DNA of 62,201 nucleotides, counting the filler. It is 12 parts of 12 records of this genome, joined end to end, with 100 filler letters (N's around TTAATTAATTAA, not from the genome) between each part and the next. Parts side by side here need not be neighbours in the genome. Positions count along the whole stretch, not along the records: positions 28,650 to 38,740 come from SRR15195285_4371; positions 38,841 to 42,608 come from SRR15195285_4374; positions 42,709 to 48,392 come from SRR15195285_4376; 9 more parts are not named here. The stretch is one strand, 5' to 3'. The translations under genes and the position numbers were made by a program. The number at the start of each line of letters is the position of its first letter. Positions within the stretch are counted from its first letter, which is position 1. Of the stretch, positions 34,603 through 44,872 are shown one piece after another. The notes under the pieces were generated by a model. The model searched no databases. It had not been told where the DNA came from and saw only the letters and a list, made by a program, of their open reading frames with translations.

Positions 34603-36199
34603 ATGGTGGCTCTCGCGCTCTCCGTGCTGCTGCGGTATCAGCTGCTGAGGCGCAGCTGGTTGGCACTGACCCTGCTGTTGCTGCTGCCTGGAGCGGCCGG
34701 TATCGACAACGGCCTGGCCCGCACGCCGCCCATGATGTGGTCCAGCTGGGGGAGCTTCGGCTGCGACGTCTCTGAGCAGCACATCAAGGACACGGCCGAT
34801 ACTTTCGTTGAGCTCGGCCTTGTCGATGCTGGGTACTCGATTCTTCAGATTGATGACTGCTGGTCGAACAAGACTTCGCGCGCGAGCGACGGATCGCTCA
34901 TGGCCAACCGCACGAAGTTTCCATCAGGCACCCTCAAACCGATTGCAAAGTACGTAGAGAGCAAAGGTCTCAAGCTGGGGATCTACACGGACCTTGGCAC
35001 CCACACCTGCGCGGGCTATCCCGGCAGTGGTGGCGCCAGAAATCCCGACGGTAGCTACGGTCACTACTGCCAGGACGCGCAGACATTCGCTGACTGGGGC
35101 ATTCATTACATTAAGCAAGACTTCTGCGGTCCACGCCCGGGGAACTGTGGCACGTCAGACGCGGGTGGCAAGGCGTGCTACACCATAATGTCGAACTGTA
35201 TCGCACAGACTAAGAAACCGATCATCTTTGGCCTCTGCTCATGGGGCTCCGACCAACCATGGACGTACGGTCCACAGATCGCGAACCTGTGGCGCACGAC
35301 TGCCGACCAGCAGCCACTCTGGGAGTCAGTGATGCGCTCGGTAGATAACCAGATCGTGGCCCTTTCCGCCGCTGGGCCCGGTGGCTGGAATGATATGGAC
35401 GAGCTGTTCATGGTCTCGTCCGGCAAAGAGAACGGCCAAGAACATGGCAGCTGCCTCGCACTCTCGTACGTGGAGCGCCAGTCGATGTTCAACTTCTGGA
35501 CAATATTTGCGGCACCACTGGCGATCGGCGATGATGTGGCCAAGCTAATAGGCTCTTCCCCGGAGGCGGTAGAAGCGCGGGGGCTCTACACAAACAAGGA
35601 GGTGATCGCCATCGACCAGGACAGTCGGGGCACACCAGCAGTCAAGGTGTACGACTCGTCTCCCGGCGGTCTGCAGTGGGTGCAAGTCTGGGCACGCCCG
35701 TTAGCAAATGGGGATATCGCGGCGCTGATGTTCAATCGTGGGTCGTGGGGTGGTTGTGTCGCCTGCAAGGCATCCACGCAGGGGTGTGCGTGCCAGGGCC
35801 TACAATTCGACCAGATCGGCTCATCGCTGAACGACTCAAGGTGGAACGTGCGTGTCCAGACGTTCGCAGATCTCTGCTGTTTGGGTCATGTAAGCTTGTA
35901 TTGCTGACAGAGCGATCATGTTTGCCGCGACAGGCGACATCCAAAGTTTCAGTCCGTTTTGTCTGGTGCGTCTCAACTGTAATCCAGCAACGTGCCAGTA
36001 CAGGTTGGTCACAGCAACCATTCTGAGCAGGCGAGTTGCATTGAAATGCGATGTCAGGAACCACACCACAGCACCAGATGTCTATACGAGCAACAAGTTC
36101 CCCGCGAATGCCGAAGCAGAAGCGCTGCTTGCGCCGCACGAGAGCTTGCTAGTGCGGCTACGACTTGTGGATGGGCCCAACCCCGCCACCGACTGGTGA
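34603..36199 (+). CDS. Secreted GH27 alpha-galactosidase/alpha-N-acetylgalactosaminidase; 3 exons (34603..35847, 35934..35965, 36058..36199)
   Basis: DNGLARTPPMMWSSW, QIDDCW, KLGIYTDLG, YIKQDFC, WRTTAD, GGWNDMD, NKEVIAIDQD. The splice model restores VSVRFVWNHT...LAPHESLLVRL. Confidence 0.92.
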
Positions 36200-36545
36200 A
36201 CGAAATGCTGTCGCCGAACGCGCCGCTTCTTGGAAACAACGAGGCCCTCGTCTTGTATTCGAATGCGTCATTCTGGTCACGGTGCAACGAAGACTACTGC
36301 GGGTAGATCTGCTGGATAGCACAATCATGAGTTTATATCGAACGATGTTTCGCGAGCCTATCCACTGTCTTGAGCCCGGTGACCAAGCTCACAACTTTGA
36401 GGGACATTGTACACGCGCGTTGGTCTTGAAAAAGGAGCAAGGCAATAAACTGATACCAAGCATTTCTTGATTGTTGCTAGAATTATACTGGCACCACTAG
36501 CAGATCGCAGGCAGCAAACTAGCCCGTCGTTTTCGCAAAACCGCA

Positions 36546-38729
36546 CTACGATTTCTTGAGCGCGTCCAGCACCTGCTGCGTCGTCTTGACATCCAGCCGC
36601 ATATTGGCCTTCGTCGCCATGCGCCGTAGGTCCGCGCTTGTCGTCCCTCTGAGAAGAGCGACGCTCTTCATATTTGCCGGCAGGTGCTTGTCGAAGTAGT
36701 CGTACCAAGCGTCGAGACCAACTCGCTTCATGTAAGTGCGAACATCCTCGGTACTCCCGCCTCCACTGCTGCTGTACCGGCTGCTAGTGTCGCGTGGGGA
36801 GCTGTAAGAGGAGCTGCGGGCAGCCGTGGTCGAAGACGGGGGATCCTTCTTTTCGACGCGCACCTCGGCGCCGTCAGTAAGCTGGACCATCCATATGAGG
36901 TTTTCATACTTGAGACCTGTGCGCACCAGTTCTCCTACTCTCACGCCATCATGGTACACAGTCAACGTGCCCAGGTCCATGTTAAGCAACAGTCCAACCA
37001 CCATGCCCTCCCGTGCGGCCTTCTGTCCTGTCCATCGGTCTGTGGCCCGGGTGGTTCCGTGGTGCATAAAGCCCGACCGCGCACTGTAACCCCATGCGTC
37101 CTTGGTCGTGCATGCCAGCTTTGTGTCTCGCGGATCGAACGTCGATCGGCAGACGCCGAGGGTACAGTTGGCACCTTTGACCAGGGTAAATTCTGCATAG
37201 TTCTTGCCACGGCTCATCTTGGGCTCCTTGCACACGGCAGTTCCCTCCCTCCGTAGGCCACGCTCGCACTTGGCTGTGTCCCCACTGATCGTGACATCGT
37301 CGCTCTTCGAGGTAAACTCGATGCCATCGAACGCACTCCATGAGCGCGAGGAGCTGCTTCGTCGCTCCGGTGTGCGCGAGCGCGAGCGCGAGCGCGAGCG
37401 CGAGCGAGAGCGAGAGCCCTTGCGAGAGCGAGAGCCTGAGCGAGAGCCTGAGCGGGATCTCCGAGAACGGGATCGAGAGCGAGAGCGAGAGCGAGAGCGG
37501 CCCCGGCGGCTCCTCGAAGAGCTCGAGGGGCTCCTCGAGCGGCTCCGCCGTCTGCTGCTGCTGCTGCTGCGGCGGCGACTAGGCGAGCGTGAGCGCGAAC
37601 GCGAGCGTGAACGCGAGGGTGATCGGGAACGGGGTCGTGGTCTCGGCCGTCGCTTCTTTCTGGCGCTTCGTTTTGCAGCACTTCTTTTCGCAGCCTCCTT
37701 CTTTGGGGAAGCCGCACTTTTGGGCGTCGATGTCGCGGGGTCGCTGGTCAGCTTCTCGTATTCGATCGAAGTCTCCGGGATCTTCAGGCACGCACAGTTC
37801 CGAAGAATAATCATGTAGAAAAGTACGCCCAGAACGCCGGCGAGCATGTGGCCAAATTGTGTGATGCCGTCTTCTTCGAGGTCGCCGACAAACTCGCCGT
37901 AGGATAGCGACGCTTCTCCGAAGACAAACAGGCCGGACACGCAAAAATGCGCAAGGTGCTTCTCGTGGAACAAGTTGCGGCAGTGTACAAGACATCGGCT
38001 GCAACCGTCTTCGCGAGCCTCGCGGGACCTGGAAGACTTCTCGAGTTGCTGCGACCTGGTCGGCCACATTTTCACAGCAGGGAAAACCAGCATCACCGCG
38101 AAGATCAATGCGCTGGAGCCAATCAGTGCGGAGCCAGACGTCGAGAGCGCAAACAGCCCACCAATGATGGTGGTTGACAGCAACAGGGCTGCCATATGCG
38201 CCCACTTGATTAGAGCCTCGGCCTGCGCCCCGAGGACCAGCATGAACAGCATATTGATCTTGTAGGACTCGAAGCTCGTGTGCCCAAAGCTCCACGCAAA
38301 CAGCCGAAACAGGAACGCCATGCTGAAGTGATTGTAGTACGAGTGCGGGTAGCAGGTGAACAGCCATGCGTTGAGCCCACACCCTACCTTCGCCTCAAAT
38401 TCCTCGGCCAGCTCCCATGACGTAGCCGACTGGGCGCCGACCGGTTGCGCGGGGGCGTACGGAGCCACCGGGCCGTAGGGGTTGCTGGTTGGGTCGCTCG
38501 CCGCGTACGGATCCCATCCGGACGCGCCGGCCTGCAGCCTCCTGCCGGCAGGCTCCGCGATCAACACCTCGGTCTGGGTCGCTTCGGCGGACCACGGCCC
38601 GTGCAGAGCGTCCAGCGTGCACTCCTCAACCGGGTTCGTCACGAAGTCCCCGAGCAGCACCAGCGACGAGACGCCAACCACCACCAGCGTCACCGGCACG
38701 TCCGTGTGCACCGCGCGGTCGATCCGCAT
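36546..38729 (-). CDS. Rhomboid-family membrane domain fused to RS-dipeptide domain, SPRY/B30.2 and SAM-like tail
   Basis: RLFAWSFGH...NMLFMLVLG...E, LIGSSALIF (Ser), QFGHMLAG (His); about 95-aa RS tract; GKNYAEF...VVGLLLNMDLGTLTVYHDG (SPRY); VRTYMKRVGLDAWYDYF...TSADLRRM (SAM-like). Single continuous ORF. Confidence 0.8.
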   Translation of the reverse strand: MRIDRAVHTDVPVTLVVVGVSSLVLLGDFVTNPVEECTLDALHGPWSAEATQTEVLIAEPAGRRLQAGASGWDPYAASDPTSNPYGPVAPYAPAQPVGAQSATSWELAEEFEAKVGCGLNAWLFTCYPHSYYNHFSMAFLFRLFAWSFGHTSFESYKINMLFMLVLGAQAEALIKWAHMAALLLSTTIIGGLFALSTSGSALIGSSALIFAVMLVFPAVKMWPTRSQQLEKSSRSREAREDGCSRCLVHCRNLFHEKHLAHFCVSGLFVFGEASLSYGEFVGDLEEDGITQFGHMLAGVLGVLFYMIILRNCACLKIPETSIEYEKLTSDPATSTPKSAASPKKEAAKRSAAKRSARKKRRPRPRPRSRSPSRSRSRSRSRSPSRRRSSSSSRRRSRSRSPSSSSRSRRGRSRSRSRSRSRSRRSRSGSRSGSRSRKGSRSRSRSRSRSRSRTPERRSSSSRSWSAFDGIEFTSKSDDVTISGDTAKCERGLRREGTAVCKEPKMSRGKNYAEFTLVKGANCTLGVCRSTFDPRDTKLACTTKDAWGYSARSGFMHHGTTRATDRWTGQKAAREGMVVGLLLNMDLGTLTVYHDGVRVGELVRTGLKYENLIWMVQLTDGAEVRVEKKDPPSSTTAARSSSYSSPRDTSSRYSSSGGGSTEDVRTYMKRVGLDAWYDYFDKHLPANMKSVALLRGTTSADLRRMATKANMRLDVKTTQQVLDALKKS

Positions 38730-38740
38730 GCCCCCCCCCC

Positions 38741-38840
38741 NNNNNNNNNNNNNNNNNNNNNNNNNNNNNNNNNNNNNNNNNNNNTTAATTAATTAANNNN
38801 NNNNNNNNNNNNNNNNNNNNNNNNNNNNNNNNNNNNNNNN
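38741..38840. other. Artificial contig spacer
   Basis: N44-TTAATTAATTAA-N44. Confidence 0.99.
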
Positions 38841-39576
38841 CAACGCTGCAGCCCAGAAGACGCTCGGGCTCTCAGGCCCGTTCCGCGGTCCCCTGTTTGC
38901 GTCTGGCATGGTATCTAGCCCGGCTGCACTGTCGAAATCCAAGTACAACCTCAATCTTTTGGAGCCAGAGTTCGGTTTCAGGCTCAACAGCGATCTTCCA
39001 ACACAGTGCACCGTTGACCAGGCATGGGAGGCAGTCCAAGAGCTCACGCTCGTCATCGAAGCGTGTGGGAGCCGCTGCAACCTCGCTGACGTGCCTGCCG
39101 GTGGCTCCACGTTCCAGCGCGTCGCGGACGGTGGGATCGGAAGCCACGTGGTCCTTGGAACGACCATGAACGCAGCTGCTGCCCAGGCGGCCAACCTCAG
39201 CGACGTGCAAGTCGAGCTGTCTGTCAATGGCGAGGTACGCATGGCTGCCCATGCTGACCCAATAATGATCTGGCTGGAGGCGCTTGGTCCGCAACGAGGT
39301 CTTGTTATTGAAATGGACTTGGATATGTTGGATTTGTGGCAGGTGAAAGTGCGTGGCTCTGGCTCTGCTGTGTTCGACGACCCGATCAACTCGCTAGTGT
39401 TCCTGGCCGCAGAGATTGGCAAGTTCGGGCACACACTAAAGGCCGGCGACTTTGTGATCACTGGCGCAACGTGCATCCTGCCGCCGACTGATTACGGTGA
39501 GGGAGATCTAATTGAGGCGAATTTTGTTGGCCTTGGCAAGGTGACTCTCTCCACGGGCGGTGGCGCAAAACTCTAA
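38841..39576 (+). CDS. 2-keto-4-pentenoate hydratase-like FAH-superfamily enzyme, 5'-truncated; intron 39235..39342; C-terminal AKL
   Basis: AAAQKTLGLSGPFRG, LEPEFGFRL, VIEACGSR, VADGGIGSHVVLG, GSGSAVFDDPINSLVFLA, LKAGDFVITG, ANFVGLGKV. Confidence 0.85.
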
Positions 39577-40701
39577 GGCATTAGCATGCCACCTCCCTGT
39601 GTGGTAGTGTGGACGAGAGAATAAAGGCAAGGGCAACGGTGTGCACTTGAAACAAATCACTTTGCCAACATGTGATGCACAGCAGTTGCCGAAGTTACGC
39701 GCTGCGACCGCCATCTCTCTGCTCGGCTACACTGTTGCTGTCTTTGCCTTGCACACCCACAGATTGCCCACCGGACGCACACTGAGGCGCGCAGCACCAT
39801 GCGGAGCGCGGACCCACGGGAACCATCACCACACTGCTATCAAATGCGATCAGCCATGGCCCAAGCGCGACCCGAGCCCAGGAATCTGCCTGGCGCGTCC
39901 ACCCGTCTCCGTTCGTTGGCACCGCATCCAGCTACCTACACTCTTCGCAACATTCGACTGGCTCATTCTTGTAGCAGTGGCAACACATAGAAGTAGAAGA
40001 GGATGGCGAGAAAGACTACCAGGTGGTGTATCATTCGCCACTCGAGCTGTCTGCGCTCGTCCAGCAGCAACAGCTAGCGCGGCGATTATCGTTTCAGCAA
40101 ACAACAGCTCGCAAAGGCCCGCCTTCCACCACCACGTGTGAATCGCTGACCAATTCTGTGTGCCAGAACTGCCAGTATTGGTCAGCGCTGCCCTGTGCGT
40201 GCTCGTGCGGCCCCTCCACCTACATGTACAGTACTTGTGCAGCTAGCCTACTGTGCTGTAGTGGTGCTTGGGTGGTTTGCATGGTACCCTGGCACGGACG
40301 TGGCGCCGTGATACTGGATGTAGATGCTACGTGTACAGTAGTAGGCTGCTGACACCGCAAGTGGCCGGCGTGCCTCGAACCGGCGCACCCGCGTCAGAAG
40401 GGAGGACCTGCGTGCGGCCAGCACGCAGCCGGCGCGCGCCGCCTACTCGCAACTCGCTTAGAGTGCCTCGTGCTACAACTTGGTCAGCAGGCGCCGGCAG
40501 GCATGGATCTGCATGCACGCGGCGCGCGCTGGCGCGCAGGCTCGGGGCGGCTCCGCAGACAAGTCGAAGTCCGAAGCGAGAGAGCGGGGCCCTCGCCCTG
40601 GCCAGCACCGTGGGCCGTACGTGACACGCTCAGCGATGGTGTCTGGGTATCTGTGCCTGCAGCGGGTTGCAGCGGGGGCGCGCCCCTCAGCAGCTGCACC
40701 T

Positions 40702-41925
40702 ATGGCGACACGACTCAGTCCATGGCGCATTGGCATACGGCGCGGCTTTGCATCGGGGGAGGCCGGCTCAGCCCAGCACTGGTCGAAAGACAAGGCGAAG
40801 GTGAACGGTATCAAGCAGTACGGCACGTATGCTACCATTGGAGTGTTTGTCGCTGGCGTGGGCTGGCGTGGCTACCAGTGGTATGTATCGCGCAACGCTC
40901 GAGTGTGCACCATTTTATTCCGTGCCTTGTCTCTTGGTCACTGGGCCGTCACTCGCTGGCACTTGCTACGCAGGGCTACTGGCTCGATGGAAGGGCAGCA
41001 GAAAGCAGCTGCGCCACCTTCCGTACCTACGGAAGAGGCGCTTGCAGCAGCGACGAAGAAAAGCGTGGTCCACTGGGAGGGGGCCGAGCGCCCGCCGGTC
41101 GTTCGCGGCGAGCCAGCTACTGCTGCCACTGCGGCTGCTGCTGCTAGTGCCACCGATGACGATGCCACTGCTGCAGCTGCTATGCACGAGGCTGACCCGC
41201 CCGACGGCTCCGCCAAGGCGATGAAGCTAGCTCACGACGTCCAGGCCATTTCTGCCCGGCTGGGCCGTGTGGAGAAGGCGCTGGGTGTGCCAGAGCAGCA
41301 GACTGTCACCCATGTTGTTCTTCTGAAGCTCAAGAAGGAGGCCACCGCTGTGCAAAAGACTGCGATCATCGACGGCCTGCGCGCCCTGCCGTCGCAGATC
41401 CCAGAGATTGCCGCATATCGGTGTGGGGTTGACCTTGGCCTGGACCCTTCCGAACAGGACATTGCCATCGTCGGAGAATTCCAGAGTGTCGCGGACTACC
41501 AGGCCTATGCCAAGCACCCGGCGCACACAGGACTGATCGTCTCGAAGATTAAGCCGCTGTTGGCAACACGCACAGCTGTTCAATTTGTGCATGGCGAAGC
41601 GGAGACGTACGCAACTGGAACGAAGTGTGGCGTGACCCATGTCGTGATTCTGAAGCTCGCCGACAAGTCGGCAGTCCCAGCGATCATAGAGAGGGCGCGG
41701 ACTCTTCCTGGCAAGATAAGCCAGATACAGGAGTACCGCTGTGGTTATGATCTTGGCATAGATCCTTGTGGCGCAACACTTGCAATTGTTGGTAGTTTCA
41801 AGTGCAAAGGATGTTATGGTGGATACGCGAAGAACGCGGATCACCAGGCCCTGATCCAGGACCTTATCAAGCCAGCGCTTGCCCCAGGCGGTCGCGCCGC
41901 GGCGCAATTCAACATCGAACTCTGA
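40702..41925 (+). CDS. Tandem Dabb (stress-responsive alpha/beta barrel) protein with transit-peptide-like N-terminus and TM segment; intron 40881..40973
   Basis: Two repeats of VTHVVxLKL...LP..I..I..YRCGxDLG...F...Y..YAK...H...IKP. Arg-rich N-terminus MATRLSPWRIGIRRGFAS. Start uncertain. Confidence 0.85.
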   Translation: MATRLSPWRIGIRRGFASGEAGSAQHWSKDKAKVNGIKQYGTYATIGVFVAGVGWRGYQWYVSRNARVCTILFRALSLGHWAVTRWHLLRRATGSMEGQQKAAAPPSVPTEEALAAATKKSVVHWEGAERPPVVRGEPATAATAAAAASATDDDATAAAAMHEADPPDGSAKAMKLAHDVQAISARLGRVEKALGVPEQQTVTHVVLLKLKKEATAVQKTAIIDGLRALPSQIPEIAAYRCGVDLGLDPSEQDIAIVGEFQSVADYQAYAKHPAHTGLIVSKIKPLLATRTAVQFVHGEAETYATGTKCGVTHVVILKLADKSAVPAIIERARTLPGKISQIQEYRCGYDLGIDPCGATLAIVGSFKCKGCYGGYAKNADHQALIQDLIKPALAPGGRAAAQFNIEL

Positions 41926-42285
41926 GATCAGGGAACTATCGGTGAGGCAGAGTAGGTCCGAGACACTGTTAGTGGATAGAGCGGATGCCATGCATGACCG
42001 GGTTGAAGCACAGAAGTACTGTCGAAAACTCTCGCGAGGTGGCCAAGCCGCCAGTACCATAGCAGGTGCTACATTTGACTTCACGATTATCCTATGGTGT
42101 TCTCCATACCCACGCCCTTGCTTATGCCTACCACACATCCCTCAGTTACAATTTAGCGCTTGCACTTTTCCGCGGTGGAAGGTCCATGGTTGTTTGACCA
42201 CCTACAGTCAAGCCAGAACGAAACACGTGACGCAACGTGGTGCTTTGCAGAAGCTTAACTAGCGAATCATAGCGTGGAGCTTGTA

Positions 42286-42608
42286 TCATAGCAACAATCT
42301 GGCAAACAAAAGCGCACCAGAACGAGTCATCTGCTGCTGCCACGGTCGCGCGAGTGGTGCAACTGCCGGCACCGCATCATAGCTCGCACCAAGTAGCAGG
42401 GTGCGTCGCGGCTCCATGCCTCCATTTGGCATGCTACCATGCAGCGTTCTCGGCGTCCAGAACGTCAAGGCGCCAGCAGGAACAGGGCAAGATACCGCAG
42501 TCGAGAAATCGACTGCGTCCTTTGCTACGGACGTGAGCTGCAGCTCATCGAAATGTGAACAATCAATTGGGTTGAATGTCCGATGAGGAGCAACCGTGTG
42601 CTCAAGCA
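42286..42608 (-). CDS. Phytanoyl-CoA dioxygenase (PhyH)-family 2OG-Fe(II) oxygenase, 3' fragment
   Basis: AVSCPVPAGALTFWTPRTLHGSMPNGGMEPRR matches the distal His/Arg strand of PhyH enzymes; runs off the contig end. Confidence 0.65.
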
Positions 42609-42708
42609 NNNNNNNNNNNNNNNNNNNNNNNNNNNNNNNNNNNNNNNNNNNNTTAATTAATTAANNNNNNNNNNNNNNNNNNNNNNNNNNNNNNNNNNNN
42701 NNNNNNNN
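42609..42708. other. Artificial contig spacer
   Basis: N44-TTAATTAATTAA-N44. Confidence 0.99.
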
Positions 42709-43372
42709 GCCGCCGCCGCCACCACCACCACCACCACCGGCAGCGGCTGCTGCCGCTGCTGCCGCTGCTGCGGCTGCCATCGATCGTGCGTAGCCGACAG
42801 GGAGGGCACCGGCTGACTTAGGCGGCGCCGGTGCGGGGTGCGCAGCTGTGTGACAGTGTGTACACCCGGCATGTACTCCGCGTATCTTATACGACTTATG
42901 GAGTATACTAGTAGTGTAGTAGGATACTACTCTCTACTGTATTGTAAATCAGCATTTTCGCATTGGAAAATCGCACCATTTCTGTGTACTGAGTGTTTGG
43001 GTCGAATTGACGAATGGATTGTTGGCGGTACCGGTACTCAAGTAGGGTAGGATTCCTACCGTAAGCGTAACTCAAGGGAGAAGAGTCATCTTTGCACGCT
43101 GTGAACCGTAGATCTAGTATCAGATTATGACTTTCAGAGTTTCAGTGATATCCATGTGGGAGATGGGAAAAAGGACGCCGGCGTTGCGTGGTGTGGATGG
43201 TAGATTGGTAGTGCGCAGAGGGCCATCAAGGCGCACTCCCCACTGCTGGTGGACAGGTGGAGCTGCAGGACGACGGAGGAGGATGGTGAAAGCGCTGTGG
43301 GACAGGGGTGCTGCGCTGCTGGGCTGAGTTGAATGGATGGTGAAGCAGACTGAGCGGTGAGCAGCCGCCCGC

Positions 43373-44821
43373 ATGGCCTCGAACAGTTCAAGCAACAGAG
43401 AGGAGGCGGTCGGCGCACAGGAGAAGCGCGAGGTCTACCACAGGCGAAAGGCTCACGTAGAGCTTTGGAAGGCGCTGAACGACGTGTCCGATGAGTATGC
43501 CGCGATGTTTCCGTCCTACGAAAAGCTCGGCGCGCTGCTGAAACAGCACGCTGCCTCCGAGACACTGGGGCTGTCCAAGTCTGCAGCGAGCGTGCTGCTG
43601 CAGGTTTCCGACACCTTAGATGATCTGGCCACCATGCAGGCCGTGCGCGCCGGGGAGGTCAGGAACACTACAAGCTTTCTCCAGACGTTCGATGGTGGTG
43701 TGCAGGAGCACCATTCAGTGTGTACGACGGTGGAGCAGTTCATCTCGGAGGAGTTTGACCCAGTCGCTGCTGGGTACGCAGCGGCCGAAAGCTCTTACGA
43801 CACTGAGCACAAGCAAGAAACGACACGGGCCGGGGGCTCTTCCGATGTCCACGCGGGCAACAGCAAGCTAAGTCAGATGAAGGTGCAGCTTGATCTTGAG
43901 CAGCAGCACTACGACCTGGTGAAGCAGGAGCTCGCTCAACATATGCGGTCGCTCGACCACAAGCACGCCGCAATACTGAAGCGCGGGATTGGCGACCTGA
44001 TATATGGCGAGATGGGTATGCACTGTCGGGCGATGCAAATGCACGCGAACCTGTACCCCTACTTGGACGAAATGTGGCCAGACACTACCAGGCTAACAGG
44101 GTCAGTCAATCGAGGACACTGGGTCGACGGATGGGTGCACAACTTTCTTAGGACATCGAGTCCTGAGGCGTACTCCTACAGCGTTCCTGCCAGCGCAGAT
44201 CCATCGGCTGGAGAGGAAGAAAAGCAGGTGGTACCATATTGGCTTCGAGCTGGCACAGCGGCAGGTTCGCAGGGGGCACCTAAGGGCTGCTCATTGGTAT
44301 CGGTCAAGCCACGCGCCGTGTCATGGGTGGGCCAGCTCAAGCTGGATGATCCCGATCTAGGTTGGTATCACAGCGGGGCATCAGCAAACCTTGGGGATGA
44401 CACGAGAAAGGAGATTAGGCAGGTTGTGAATCGTAGGGGTGTCTTTGACAAGAAGAAGAAGGCCATGGGCAACGAGTTTAAAGTTCGTTACGTAAACGGC
44501 GACGAGCCCGACGCTTGGGTTCCTGAAGATCCGGCGGGGGAACTCAGGTTACGATTTTCTCTACAGGACGCAGTCTGCGAGGCATGGGCGGATCGCCGGG
44601 CTGCACTGCTCGAGCGGATTGACAACGCTAGGGCGGCCGGGCAAGGTCTTGAGAGCTTGCATCGAGAGCTCCTAATCCATGACCAGGATGCATGGCAAAC
44701 TGTTGCAGGGTGGGCTGCACACAGAGGGGCAAGTGTGGCGTCGTTGCCGGCGAAGGAGTTAGTTGAGACGTACGCCCGAGACCGAGAGGCGAGAGGAAAG
44801 AACCGCGTGATTGTAGGGTAG
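43373..44821 (+). CDS. Hypothetical protein with BAR-like helical N-terminus and possible chromo-like segment
   Basis: 482-aa ORF. The first ~235 aa form long amphipathic helices; a later segment reads IRQVVNRR...EFKVRYVNGDEPDAWVPED. Confidence 0.6.
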   Translation: MASNSSSNREEAVGAQEKREVYHRRKAHVELWKALNDVSDEYAAMFPSYEKLGALLKQHAASETLGLSKSAASVLLQVSDTLDDLATMQAVRAGEVRNTTSFLQTFDGGVQEHHSVCTTVEQFISEEFDPVAAGYAAAESSYDTEHKQETTRAGGSSDVHAGNSKLSQMKVQLDLEQQHYDLVKQELAQHMRSLDHKHAAILKRGIGDLIYGEMGMHCRAMQMHANLYPYLDEMWPDTTRLTGSVNRGHWVDGWVHNFLRTSSPEAYSYSVPASADPSAGEEEKQVVPYWLRAGTAAGSQGAPKGCSLVSVKPRAVSWVGQLKLDDPDLGWYHSGASANLGDDTRKEIRQVVNRRGVFDKKKKAMGNEFKVRYVNGDEPDAWVPEDPAGELRLRFSLQDAVCEAWADRRAALLERIDNARAAGQGLESLHRELLIHDQDAWQTVAGWAAHRGASVASLPAKELVETYARDREARGKNRVIVG

Positions 44822-44872
44822 ACGATTTGAAGTGGGCTTTGAAGTGGAGCTGGAATGGCATTCATTTGATCA

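Noticed and set aside
37204-37818. Plus-strand RE-dipeptide ORF as a separate gene
   Set aside because: It is the antisense shadow of the RS-coding GAGCGC/GAGCGA repeat in the rhomboid-SPRY gene.
39641-40352. Short ORFs between the hydratase and Dabb genes, and in 57511..57947
   Set aside because: No motifs or convincing splice structure, so they cannot be supported as genes.
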